Part shown: positions 1-10,739 of the stretch, in pieces
Position numbering within the stretch: the first letter of the stretch is position 1
Layout of the letters: every line of letters starts with the position of its first letter
Assembly (NCBI GenBank): GCA_965112735.1
Contig: OZ218953.1
Span: 1,364,001-1,428,000 of the forward strand
DNA length: 64,000 nucleotides
Direction: 5' to 3'
Origin: Phaeosaccion multiseriatum
Taxonomy: Eukaryota; Protista; Ochrophyta, other classes
Translations under genes and position numbers: made by a program
Notes under the pieces: generated by a model
Databases searched by the model: none
Seen by the model: only the letters and a program-made list of their open reading frames with translations
Told to the model about the DNA's origin: nothing

Positions 1-221
1 CGAGAGAGCGGTCTATCAAGCATCACCACAGCATACTTCATGTTGCCCTCCGGAGTGCTCCTCTTTCACCCCGCACCCCCGCCCCGTGTCGGTGCATTCA
101 TCCGCCTCTGTAGCCTCTCACCCTCCCGAATGATCTTGTGCTCTGTCTCTATCTATCTCGCTCTATCTATCTATCTCTCTGCTCATATCTCTTTCCTTCC
201 CCTCTCTCCATCTCTCTGCAG

Positions 222-1745
222 GTTGTGACTCCTTGGAGTACGCTGTCACCTCAATTTGAGGCTCGAACGGTTCCCCCGTCAAGGTCGACGTCTTGAGAGC
301 TGGCACCAAATCCACAAAGGTGCACGCATGTGCATGCATACACGCACTGAGCTCCACACTCCTCCGCCTTGTCCTTTCTCTGCCTATCGAAACCTTGTCC
401 TGTCTTTGCCTTTCTCTGCATCTTGCAGGTGTCTTGACTGTCCCTTGCTTGCCTTTTCCCACGTCTGTGTATGTCGGTGTCTCCCGTCCGTGCTCAGCCT
501 CTTTCTCATATCAAAGCGTGAAGCCTCTACGGATCTGTCTGTGCGGCCGCCTCGGGTTCCCCTTCCTTCCTCCCTCCCTCCCTCCCTCCCTCCCTCACTC
601 ACTTACTCACTCCCTTTGTCTCTCCGAACTTGAAACCAGTCTGCATCACACATACCTCCCTCCATCAATTTGCGGAGACCCTCAGACCCTCAGACACAGA
701 CCCTCCCTCCCCTCCCTCGCCCGCCCTCCACCCCCTCTCTCCCTCTCTCTTTCCCTAGCCTTTGCGTTTCTGATAAGTAAGGTGGTGCAGCTGAAGAAGC
801 TGGAGAGCAACCCCAGCTACTACAGCATGGGTGTGCAGCTGTCCGCCAACATGCATGGCGTGAAGCGTGTCATCCCCTCCAGCCCCGTTGAGACCGTTCA
901 GTTGGCAGCGGCAGAGACTTCTACGGTCATCAGAGACACCACCAGGGGGCTCTCACAGGTGGGGTGGGCGGCCATGGTGTGGTGTGTTTTGCTTCCCCTT
1001 CAAATCAGTTCATGTCCTTTCCTTCTCCATCCAATAGCGCTCCGACCCCCCCCCCCCCCTGAATCGATGTATCTATCGATCCATGATGCCACACGCTGAT
1101 CATTTTGTGTGGGTGTGGTCAAAGAATGGTGGGGGTGTGGTCCCACGATTGTATTTCCGGTGCCTTACGATACCTGCCTCCTCGCCGCCGCTCCATCCCT
1201 CCCTCCCTCCCTCCCTCCCTCCCTCCCTCCCTGCTTCTCACGCAGCTTCTCAGAGGCTCCGGCGGTCTCGGACAAGTGCAAGGCCCTGTGGGCGTAGTGA
1301 AGACAGGAGGAGAAATGGCGAGGGATGGAGGCGCTCGGTCGCTGCTGCCCTTTGCGGCCGTCATCTCCATCAACTTGGCCGTGGTCAATGCACTGCCCTT
1401 CCCTGGGCTGGATGGGGGGCAAATGGCCTTCCTGCTACTCGAGCTCGTGCAGGTACGCGCGCGTGTGTGTGGGTGGGTGTGTGCCTGTGCGCGTGCGTGT
1501 GGGTGTGGGTGTGAGTGGGTGGATCGGTGGGTGGGCGGGTCGGTGGGTGAGCGTGTGTGTTCGGAGGAGTTGTCAGGTAAAGGCAGAGAGGTCATCGGTC
1601 GCTTGACATATTGCTGATTTGGCAGGGCGCAGCTCTCTTGATCGCGGAGTGGCGGCCACAATTAACGGCGTGGCCTTCCTGCTGCTGCTTGCCCTGGGCA
1701 TATATATTATATATATATAGTGGTGACATTCTGCTCCAAAAATAA
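222..1745 (+). CDS. M50 family (RseP/S2P-like) membrane zinc metalloprotease, 3' part; carries lesions (possible pseudogene)
   Basis: Exons ~222-319, 782-958, 1246-1452, 1626-1745. Motifs GPVGVV and SINLAVVNALPFPGLDGG (NxxPxxxLDG) are diagnostic of RseP-type M50; PDZ-like tail (PVKVDVLR). In-frame TGA at 257-259 and compensating frameshifts in the last exon. 5' end lies outside the window. Confidence 0.8.
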
Positions 1746-2372
1746 ATCCATCTTGTCAGTAGTAAAACAAACAAAAAGCCCTTGAAGGGTATCGCATAAA
1801 CTACACGTCCCGAACTCACGTTACCTTACGGGGGACAGCAATGTGGTGGGGGGGGGGGTGGAGGGAGAGGATCTCGCCACGGACACACACACAGAGACAC
1901 ACATATACACACACACACACACAGACACACACAAAAGAGAGAAAGAGGGCTTGCAGCAACCGAGGTGAGGGTGCCTCGGTCGATGTTGAGTTGAGACAAG
2001 TGTTCCACGAGATGAGCCCTGTGACACCAAGGCAGGCACGTGCCACGCAGTGCGCGACTCCCTACGCAGGGGAGCAAGAAGCAAAGAGAAGGGCGAGAGG
2101 ACAGACAGACGTGGCTCCTCCCTCGTGGCCCAAGCGTAACACTGTACCTGTATTAACAGTGACACATTATCAGTTAAAAAATATTTTCCTCCTAAACCTT
2201 CTAACTTATGTCTACCGTGCGCGACTGATCCCCAATACCAGTTCCGCTCCGCAAAATGGGTGTTCACCACGGTTGTTGTTGGCCTTGAGTGAGAACGCAT
2301 CGATACCGCCGCTCGGATGGTCTAGACCGCCGTTCAGCAGGTGTCCTTGGTGCCTTCCTTCCGCCGTGTCTC

Positions 2373-3326
2373 TTACTTCAACTTGTCCACTTCGTCCCCA
2401 GCCTTGTCCGCGGCATCCCCTGCCGTGTCGAGGGCTGAGTCCTTGGCACTGGTGGCGCTATCCTTCACGCTGCTGGCCCCGTCGGAGACGCCATCCATGG
2501 CATCCTTGGCGGCGCCCTCAGCCTTGTCCACGGCATCCCCTGTCTTGTCCTTCACCGTGTTGGCCGCGTCGCCAGCTGAGTCCTTGACGTTGCTGGCCCC
2601 GTCGGAGACAGTATCCTTGGCATCCTTCGCCGCGTCCTCAACCTTGCCCGCGGCATCCCCTGCCTTGTCGACAACTGAGTCCTTGGCGCTAGCCGCGCTG
2701 TCCTTGACGTTGCTGACCTCGTCGGAGACAGCATCCTTGGCATCCTCAGCCGTGCCGCCGAGCTTGTCCTTCACCTTATTGACCGTGTTCCCAATCGAGT
2801 CCTTGGCGCTTACCGCGGTGTCCTTCACGCTGCTGGCACCGCCAGATACAGCATCCTTGGCACCCCCAGCGGCGTTGCCAAGCTTATCCTTCACCTTATT
2901 GGCCGTGTTCCCAATCGAATCCTTGGCGCTCACTGCGGTGTCCTTTACGCTGCTGGCCCCGCCAGAGATGGCGTCCTTAGCGCTGTCCACGATATCAGAC
3001 GCCTTGCCATTCATGATCTGTGTTGTTGCCATCATCGGGGCGGGGACACGCACAGACAGGCAGGTGTAGGGACAGCAGACGCCATGCCAGAAAGAAAAGA
3101 CAAGCAAGTAAGAGGGGAGAGACGGGACGCATAGCGGACGCAACGTGGAAGGGATGGGACACAGACGGTTCGTCCTCACCGAGTCAGTAAGCCGCTTTGG
3201 CCCTTCGTTCGTGGAGCTTCTTGTCGGAGCCTTGTAGGGGGCCGCGCTGCCGGTCAAGGCTGTGGGTCCCACGAAGGCGGAGGCGCAACCGAGAGTCGCA
3301 AGAGTGGCGAAGCAAGCACTCTTCAT
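2373..3326 (-). CDS. LEA-like (group 3 type) repeat protein with bipartite plastid presequence
   Basis: MKSACFATLATLGCASAFV = signal peptide + ASAF; in-frame GT-AG intron 3179-3018; exon 2 is built of AKD/VKD 11-mer-type repeats in ~40-aa super-repeats, rich in A, D, K, S. Confidence 0.8.
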   Translation of the reverse strand: MKSACFATLATLGCASAFVGPTALTGSAAPYKAPTRSSTNEGPKRLTDSVRTNRLCPIPSTLRPLCVPSLPSYLLVFSFWHGVCCPYTCLSVRVPAPMMATTQIMNGKASDIVDSAKDAISGGASSVKDTAVSAKDSIGNTANKVKDKLGNAAGGAKDAVSGGASSVKDTAVSAKDSIGNTVNKVKDKLGGTAEDAKDAVSDEVSNVKDSAASAKDSVVDKAGDAAGKVEDAAKDAKDTVSDGASNVKDSAGDAANTVKDKTGDAVDKAEGAAKDAMDGVSDGASSVKDSATSAKDSALDTAGDAADKAGDEVDKLK

Positions 3327-3620
3327 GAGGGTTGGAATCGGACACACGGAAAACGTGGATGTAGCTAGAAAGTGTTGAAGGAGCTGAGTGCTGGGAATAG
3401 CCGGCTTAGTTGTGACTCAGACTTTTTGTTCTTTTCTTAAAGCCGTACTTGCTTCATCCAAGGGGTACACACATGTTGAAGAAAACTGGCTGGCGTCGCC
3501 ATTTGTGTGGTGGTGTTTTTCTCAACTTTTTTTTTTTTTTTTTTTGCTCGCCGCAGCTCGGCAGTTCCGGTTTTTTTTTTTGCAGCGTCTGCTGCCCCCC
3601 CCCCCCCTACCGGCATCTAG

Positions 3621-4417
3621 GGTCACGCAGCTGCTGCTCATCTCGGGGGCAGATGTGAACAAGACGAATTAGCCGAGGAAGCTCACCGCTCTACGTTTTG
3701 CAAGCCAGAATGGTCATGACATTGTAGTGGCTGGATCAGCTCATAAAGCACAGCCGGCGCTGATCTCGCAAGCCGTGACGTTGAGGGTGGGATAAGTGCT
3801 TTGATGGAAGCGGCTCGGGGGGCGGGGGGGGGCAAGGACACAGAAGCCTTGTGCGAAAGCTCCTATAAAAGGTGGTGCAATACACTTGGCATCTGAGTTT
3901 GCCATGCTCGCATCGTGCAAGGGCTCCTCTCAGGAGGTGTTGACGTTGAAATTCTCATTGGCACTTGACGATGGGTGTTAGTACAGCTTTGTTTCGCTCT
4001 GGCTGCTGGGCAGGCAGGGCATGAGGCAGTGAATGATCCATGGCATGAGCTCTCTCTCTCTCTCTCTCCTCTGCACGTCAGGGGCTTATCCGGACATTGA
4101 AGGTACTGTCAACGGTGGGACGCTGTTCTTCGCATTGAATGGCCATAGCGGGGCGGCGTTGGCTGGAGCTGGGTCTCGGGAGGAGCCTCACTGGCAAAGG
4201 CTCTGACAAGAGTACACGTGCTCAACAACCATGCAGGGGACTGCTGTGTTGATTTCCTTGTGGCCGCGGACAGGCATCGCTTCCTTTATGTCACAAAGCG
4301 CGTTGGACCTGATGCGGGGTACTGTCCGTCTCTTTGGCAAGGAAGGGAGGATTAAGGTGTCGCAGAGAGAAGTCAGCCCTGAGGTGCTGCAGGAGGTGGC
4401 GGAGGAGATGGCATGAT
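3621..4417 (+). pseudogene. Degenerate ankyrin-repeat gene remnant
   Basis: VTQLLLISGADVNKTN*PRKLTALRFASQNGHDIVV (in-frame TAG at 3670-3672). Further broken ankyrin-like segments downstream (GAIHLASEF.., ..AGQAGHEAV, ..LNGHSG) with stops and frameshifts. Confidence 0.65.
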
Positions 4418-4802
4418 GAACGGGGCGCTTCGGGTGTGTGGTCAGCAAGGCGGGGAAGGAGGACTGGTGGTGCTCTGATGAAGGGGACAAGCCTCTTCTG
4501 CATTGTAAGCAGGGAGAGGGCGGGGCGAGGGCTTCGATTGAGGCAAGGACAAGGTGCAGAAGTCCCCTAGAGTTGCGTTTGCGCATAGAATACACCGATT
4601 ATCAGACATCTCCCTCCCCCCTCCCAACGGTGTGCCCTCCCCACCCCCCCCCCCGTCCACGTGCCCCAACCCTAGCACCCCCCCCCCCCCCCCTCCTCAA
4701 CCCTTTCTCCCCCCTGATCCAAGCAGCACAGTACAGCGTACACAAACACACACACATATATATATATATGCGCGCACACACACACACACTCTTACATGCA
4801 CC

Positions 4803-4835
<33 letters not shown>

Positions 4836-4843
4836 GTCCGGAT

Positions 4844-5056
4844 GTGACGTCACACAATATATCTTTCCCGATGTACCGATGTCGGCCCCGATATACTGAT
4901 GTCGGCCCCGATACCATCAGTATCGGCATCGATCCCACATCGGTCCCCATCCTAACCCCTATATGGAGATCTCGGGGCCGATGTCGGGCCCGATCTTATC
5001 ATGTAGGCCCCGATATAGGAGACATCGGCCCCGACATCGGACCCGACATACAGGGT
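4844..5056. repeat. Cluster of direct and inverted ATGTCGGCCCCGAT-like motifs (probable transposon subterminal remnant)
   Basis: About 8-10 copies of TCGG(C/G)CCCGA variants in both orientations, starting at the palindrome GTGACGTCAC; no complete TIR pair found. Confidence 0.55.
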
Positions 5057-5100
5057 GCATTATTGGGCTCTATTTAGGCTTCAAAAACACACTCGGCCCC

Positions 5101-5195
5101 TGACATGCTTCTGAGGCGACCCTGGTTCCTGCTTCTGGCCGGCGCCAGCCGGCCTGCTTCCTGCTTCTGGGCTGGCCTGTCTCAGAAGCATGTCA
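5101..5195. mobile_element. ~95-bp MITE-like element
   Basis: Perfect 15-bp inverted repeat TGACATGCTTCTGAG ... CTCAGAAGCATGTCA; internal CTGCTTC repeats; no TSD recognised. Confidence 0.65.
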
Positions 5196-5215
5196 AGTAC
5201 CCACCTCAGCCCCAG

Positions 5216-5694
5216 CCATGCACGCCTAGCGGCCTAGGCCTATTTGGGAAAATTGTCCGGCCTAGCGAGGGCCGTAGGCCCTCGGCCTAGCTATTTGTAT
5301 GCCGCCACCTAGGCGGCCTAGGCGGGCCGGAGGCCCGCGGCCAAGGGCAGACGCCAACTAGGACGGTGGGAGTGCCCAGAGTGCAAGAGTAGTCAGTTTT
5401 AAGCAAATGTATTGCATGGGATTGCTTGGAAGTGAGGAGTAGCTAGACTTGGTTCGTGTTGTCTCTTTCCGCCTCGACTCGCTGGCCCTATGAGGAGTGC
5501 AGGCCTACAGGTGTGCTGCTACCCACTTCCTGGGCGGCACCACGCACGCGCCCACGGTCACTGCCTGGGAGGCCTGGGAGGCTGCCTAGAGGCGGGCTAG
5601 AGGCCGCCTAGGACTGAAAAGTGAGCGGCCTAGGGCGGCCGGAGGCCGCCGGCCTCGGCCTTGCGGCCTAGCTAGAACCGCTAGGCTTGCATGG
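5216..5694. mobile_element. ~480-bp non-autonomous TIR element (MITE-like)
   Basis: 17-bp TIR CCATGCACGCCTAGCGG / CCGCTAGGCTTGCATGG (1 mismatch); dense GGCCTAG/CTAGG motifs in both subterminal arms with a non-repetitive middle. Confidence 0.75.
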
Positions 5695-5704
5695 GGTCGA
5701 CCCC

Positions 5705-6141
5705 TGACACGCTATGCATCGCCCACTTTCTCGATAGCGCGCTATCGCGCTATCGGCCGGCTGGCTGGCGCCGGCGACAGCGGATAGCACCCGCCCCCCC
5801 CCCCCCACCAAAGCCGGCTGGCGCCCGGCGATAGCTAGCGGATGGCGTGCCGGCTGTCGGCTCCAGGCGAGGTTTCTCGGGCCCCCGATAAAGCAGAAGC
5901 CTGCGGCGGCCTGCGGCCGAAAGTAAGAAGCCTGCGGCTGGCTGGCTGGCCTGCGGCCAGAAGCCTGCAGAAAGTAGCGAGAAGCCTGCCAAGTCCCCCA
6001 TTTTTCTCCCAGCCAGGCAGCCTGAGAAGGCAGCCAGCCTGAAGTCTGACCACTGGCCTGCGGCCAGAAGCCCGAAGCCTGGAGGGGGTACGGCCCAGAA
6101 GCCTAAAGCCCGAGAAAGGGACCCGACACACAGAGCATGTT
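5705..6141. mobile_element. Degenerate or composite TIR element
   Basis: Left end TGACACGCTATG vs reverse complement of right end TAACATGCTCTG (9/12 match); left arm has GCTATC/GATAGC motifs, right arm has repeated AGAAGCC(TG) motifs. Confidence 0.45.
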
Positions 6142-6293
6142 ACTTTATATATATTACACCCTTAAAGGCAGACAAAAGAAGAGGAAAAAGGAATGAATTA
6201 ATGACATAATCGTTTCCCTCCTTGAGTTTTCTTTCTGTCCCCTGTAAATCTATCTCTTCTCTCTTTCCTCGCACTTGACACCAGCAAACACAC

Positions 6294-7424
6294 ATGGAAA
6301 ATAGGGCGTTGGCATGGGTGACAGCGTGCCCACAAGCGAAGCAGCAGTAACACCTTCATCGGGTCCTCTCCTCCCTCTGCAACAGGAAGGCACCGCTTTC
6401 TTCGAGCAAGTCGCTTGGGATTCGAGTCCAAGCCACTGCGTCTACGTGAGGGGGCTGCGAGAACATGGTGGGTTATAACAAATTTGGTTCGTGCCGGGCA
6501 CTGATCTTAGAAAAGGAAGCTGTCCTCTCGAGCAGTCCCCGTCATTCCCCCTCGATCTCTCTTTCCCCCGTCCGCCCGCAGCCGACTCGGATGCCCTGAG
6601 GAGCAAGTTCGCACGCCGCTTCGGCCCCGTGGACCGCGTGTTTTGCAAAGAGGGCAAGGGTGGGAAATGCTTCGCCTTTGTCACGTTCCTCACCCAGTAC
6701 TCTGCCATGACTGCCATTGAGGCAAGGTACATTGTGAGTAGGCAGCTCGGGGACCCGTCTTGTGGCGACAAGCTCTTCATCGGCCCTCTCATAGAGTCGT
6801 CAAGGCCGCCGGGCAGTGCGACCAAGACCTTTGCCACCGACTACAGTCTGTCTAGCAAGATTGCAAACGAGATCCTGGGCTTTGATAACTGGGACAGTGA
6901 GGTGCTCGAGCACGCATTTTGGGACGACGTCGAGGAGGGAGGCCAGGGATACTTGGCGGGGGCGCGCGTCAGCGTGACTGTTCGCTTCGGAGAGGAGCTG
7001 CTGTACGCGGAGGGTATGAGCTGTGTACGGGCACTGGCTACGAGAGACCGATACAACGTCAAGAAGAGAGCCATCGCTGCCGCCCGGCACACGGCCTTCC
7101 GGGACAACGTCTCTTTGGTAAGTCTTTTTATCTTGCGCGTCAACAACACAGGGTGAAAGCGTGGCATTGTTCCTTCTCCCCCCCCCCCTGTCGCGGTTAG
7201 ACTGTCGTTCCTCAGCGCCAAGAAGCGCGGAAAAGAACGAGTTGAGTTCCACACGATAAGAGAGGGCTAACCGAGCATGCGCCTTCCCTCCTCCTCATGT
7301 TGTCTCCTCGTCCTCTCCCCAGCTTTTGAAGGACGGAGTCTGCCACGCTGTTGCCAACTCGTATGACGAGGACAATGTGCCGAAGGAGGAGACGGTGTGG
7401 ATGGATTTCAGCATAGCCGGATAG
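6294..7424 (+). CDS. RDM1-like protein (RRM + RAD52/Rad22-type domain)
   Basis: Exons ~6294-6317 (start uncertain), 6386-6467, 6582-7117, 7323-7424. RNP2 CVYVRGL and RNP1 CFAFVTF, then the RAD52-type motifs IANEILGFDNWDSEV, YAEG, VKKRAIAAARHTAF and NVSL|LLKDG. Confidence 0.75.
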
Positions 7425-8629
7425 CCGCCACACCCATCGATCGGTACAATGCCGAGTCTCGCCTCTGTGAAGTGTGTACCTGGCCGGCGCCAGGACTCCC
7501 TCTTATCCCCATTCCCCGCGCTGCCCCTGTGCACGTACTCCACACGCCACAGCTTGGTTCCCCTGCGAGGCATCGGGAGTATGGGCATGGACGGTAGCAT
7601 TGCTTTTATGGTTTGGGGCAGCATGACTCACTGTGGAGGGCTCAATTGTGACTCACTGTGTAGGGCTCAAGTGCCCTTCACTGAACGAGCACAGCCTTCA
7701 ACAAATACACAAGTGTTGTACAAATGCAAGGAGGCGCGCCGTCGCTGCTCCCTCTCCGGTCCTTCGTGTGCATCTTTCTGCTCTGCATAACGGCCACAAC
7801 CGTGGGCAAGACGTCTTGCCATCAGTTCCCTCCCTCTGGAGCCGTCTTCTTACTTGCCATCAGTTCCCTCCCTCTGGAGCTGGCTGCTTCTCTGACACCG
7901 CAGCAAGTCGCCGCTCCCTGCAAAACCAACAGCTCTTCCCTCTCGGCACATGTAGCCACTCTGACTGACATTGACCCTCTCTCACTGCAGCCTCTCTCCG
8001 CTACTATCGCTGCTGCGGTGGGTACTGTCTCTGGGAGCTCCTGGAAAGCGCAAGCACGTCCTTTTAAAGCCTTGGGGCCAGTGGAGCAGCAAGGAGCCCA
8101 GTCAGGAAACGTGGGATGACCACTTTGTCTTCCCCTTCCTACAACCCTGTCCACTCGTATCCAGTAGGAGCCACCGGAGTAGAGTCATCCAGGTGAGTCC
8201 GTGCCCAGTGCAGTCCAGTGCTCCGCCATCCATCACGGCCTCTGCCCCATGAGCAGACTACACGCACGATGGAGAGCATCGGGAATGAAATGGGGCTGCT
8301 ACACACTTACTCTCCCCTTCTGCGCATCTGCTTGCTCTCCCTCCTCCATCCCGTGCCCACGTCGACCGAAGTCCTTCCCTTTCCTTTATGGCTGGGCTGG
8401 TCTGACATCGCCGGCTGGGTGCAGGCGGCAGCGAGAGAGAACGTCATGGTCGCATCATGCACAAAGCCTTGCTCCAGGAGCGTTCGCCAGGAGCGTTCTT
8501 CGGATAGAGCCACGCCGGAGAATTGGGACCGGTGTAGCTGCCGCTGCTGCTGCATAACGTATACACCTCCTTCCCCTTCACAGCGGACAAAGGAGGGGGA
8601 GTCAATGACGTTGATTCTTGCATTGCCGA

Positions 8630-10440
8630 CTAGCTGTCTTTTCCTCTTCCGATGCCTCCCTTGACAGCACCCAGCGTCTCCTTCCACTCAACCGCGTACT
8701 TGTCTGTGTGCTGGAGCGTGCCCGTCTTGACCAACTCTTCAAGGGCGGGAAGGAAGCCCCCAACCCCGACTGACCCCACCAGGACCACCAAGATGGAGAG
8801 CTGAAGTATACAGTACCATCGTGCAATGTTTTTACGGACGGAGAGAGGCGGGCGAGACGGGCAGCAGGACAGAAGAGACACAAGAGAAAGAGAGAAAGAA
8901 GAGCAAAGAGGAAAGAGGGAGAGGAAGGAGCGGCGGTGAACGAAAAGGGCCGAGTGACAGATTGATACAGGGGAGTCTTGTACAGTACCCCGTCAGGGAA
9001 GGACCAAGCCAAATGGTTAGACAGGGGAGTATTGTGCCGCAATGTAGGGGAAGGAACAAACCAAAGGGTTGGAGTTGGACCAGGCCATGCTTCCGGAGGT
9101 TGTTGGGAGAAGCGCACTCACTCACTCACTCACTCACTCACTCACTCACTCACCGGAAGGGAGATGGACGGGCCTAGCACGGCCTCAAGCGCTGCATTCA
9201 CGCCTCCCGCGTGGCAGAGAGAGAACCACAAGAGCGCGAAGAGCGACCCCACCCCTGCCCCCACGAGGACCTGAGGAAGACTGTGAAAGCCCACCTTGAC
9301 ACGCCACAGGCTGGAGGGGAGCGGAGGGGAGGGGAGTGGGATTGAAGGGAGGGAGAGGGAGAGAGTGGGTTTTGGGGGCAGAGCGTGGCGAGAGAGAGAG
9401 AGGGAGGGGGGGGTGGGGGGGGGGGAGGAGTAGCTTGGTGTGCAAGGAGGACGAAACTGATGGAAAAGAAGGAGGGAAGCGGACTGGACTCTTCCTTCAT
9501 GACCGCCACAACTCGGAAACAGCGGGGCTCTGGTACCTTGCAACGATAGCGTACGACGCCAGTGCCCCCTGGGTCTGCAGCGTGTCCAGCGGCCACCACC
9601 CGGGGGTAGACGTCTGTAGACTGAGCCCCACGTAGGAGGAGAGGAAGAAGAGAGCCTTTGGGCAGGTATGTGCAGGCGTAGGGAGGGGGGGCGGGCGTGT
9701 GCTGATGTCAGAGCAGGTGACGAGGGCGAAGAGGGCATTGGTTCCCTCTCTCCCTCCCCCTCTCCTACACTCACCACAGCATGGGAACTGGGCATGCCAG
9801 GATCGACGAGCCTGGACCCCTCTGGCCGGCACTGGTTGAACAGTTTCTTCAACACCTGCCCCGCAGCAGCAGCGACAGCAGCAATGCCAGCACAGAGTGG
9901 AAGGGATGCTGTTAGAGATGCGGTGTGGAGAACGTCGAAGTAGCAGAGGGGTGCCATTTTGATACAACCATCAAAAAGTAAAGACACCTCTAGCGAAAGA
10001 TTTGAGCAGCGACGTCATACCTTGGAGAGTACTCCACTGCTGATTCCCCCAACCACCCACGTAAGCGTTTCAGGGTCCCTCCTGATGAGCAGTGCGGCCG
10101 CCACCGAGCCAGCGACGGCCCAGCGCGTGCTAAGCCCGATCACGGCTAGGAGCGCATCTGCGACTCCCTTCACATCAAGCGCTGCTTCCTCTCTTCGGGA
10201 ATCAAGCGCTTCAGCAGGAGCCACTTCCTCAGTCTGTTGGATGGCCTGGAGCGGCTTAAAAGACTGCCTCTTCTGCATGAGTTGCAGCCCTCGCAGTCCT
10301 GCTCGATGGGGAGGAAAGTGAGTGACGCTGCTCCTGCTGCTGCTCCTCAGAGGCGATAACGAAACGGAGAGCGGCTGCAAAAAGGCCGAGCACAGCGCAA
10401 GAGTCTGCAAGAGACACAGGCACCAGGGTGCACGGTGCAT
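8630..10440 (-). CDS. PAP2-family lipid phosphate phosphatase (LPP-epsilon / dolichyldiphosphatase-like), plastid-targeted
   Basis: Five exons; PAP2 motifs KKLFNQCRP, GMPSSHA, WRVKVGFHSLPQV; N-terminus MHRAPWCLCLLQTLALCSAF = signal peptide + SAF followed by a Ser/Arg-rich transit peptide. Confidence 0.88.
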
Positions 10441-10739
10441 GCTAGTTTGTTTGAAAGCCAAGGCCTTCCATAAAGGGGAAAAATCAATTTCCCACAATTT
10501 CAGTTTCTCCCCCTCCCCCTCTTGCTTCCTTCTTTCGATTTCTTCACCTCAAAGAGCAGAGAGGAAGAGCGACGAAGAAAGAGAGAGAAAAGGGGGACCA
10601 GCAGTACTCAGTGCTGAAAGTGGAGAGCTTCTCCGACCATCTTCTTCGCGGCAAGCAGCCGCAGGAGCAGCAACAAGGGCGGGGAACGTGCCGAAGAAAG
10701 AAGAGGTCCGGGGGAAAAAGGAGGAGTTAAGAGTTCAAG

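Noticed and set aside
2341-3069. 242-aa + strand ORF
   Set aside because: Antisense shadow of the LEA repeat exon.
7450-8600. Possible gene between the RDM1-like and LPP genes, including a ~28-bp duplication at ~7815-7880
   Set aside because: No recognisable motif or consistent spliced frame found; may be UTR or a decayed gene.
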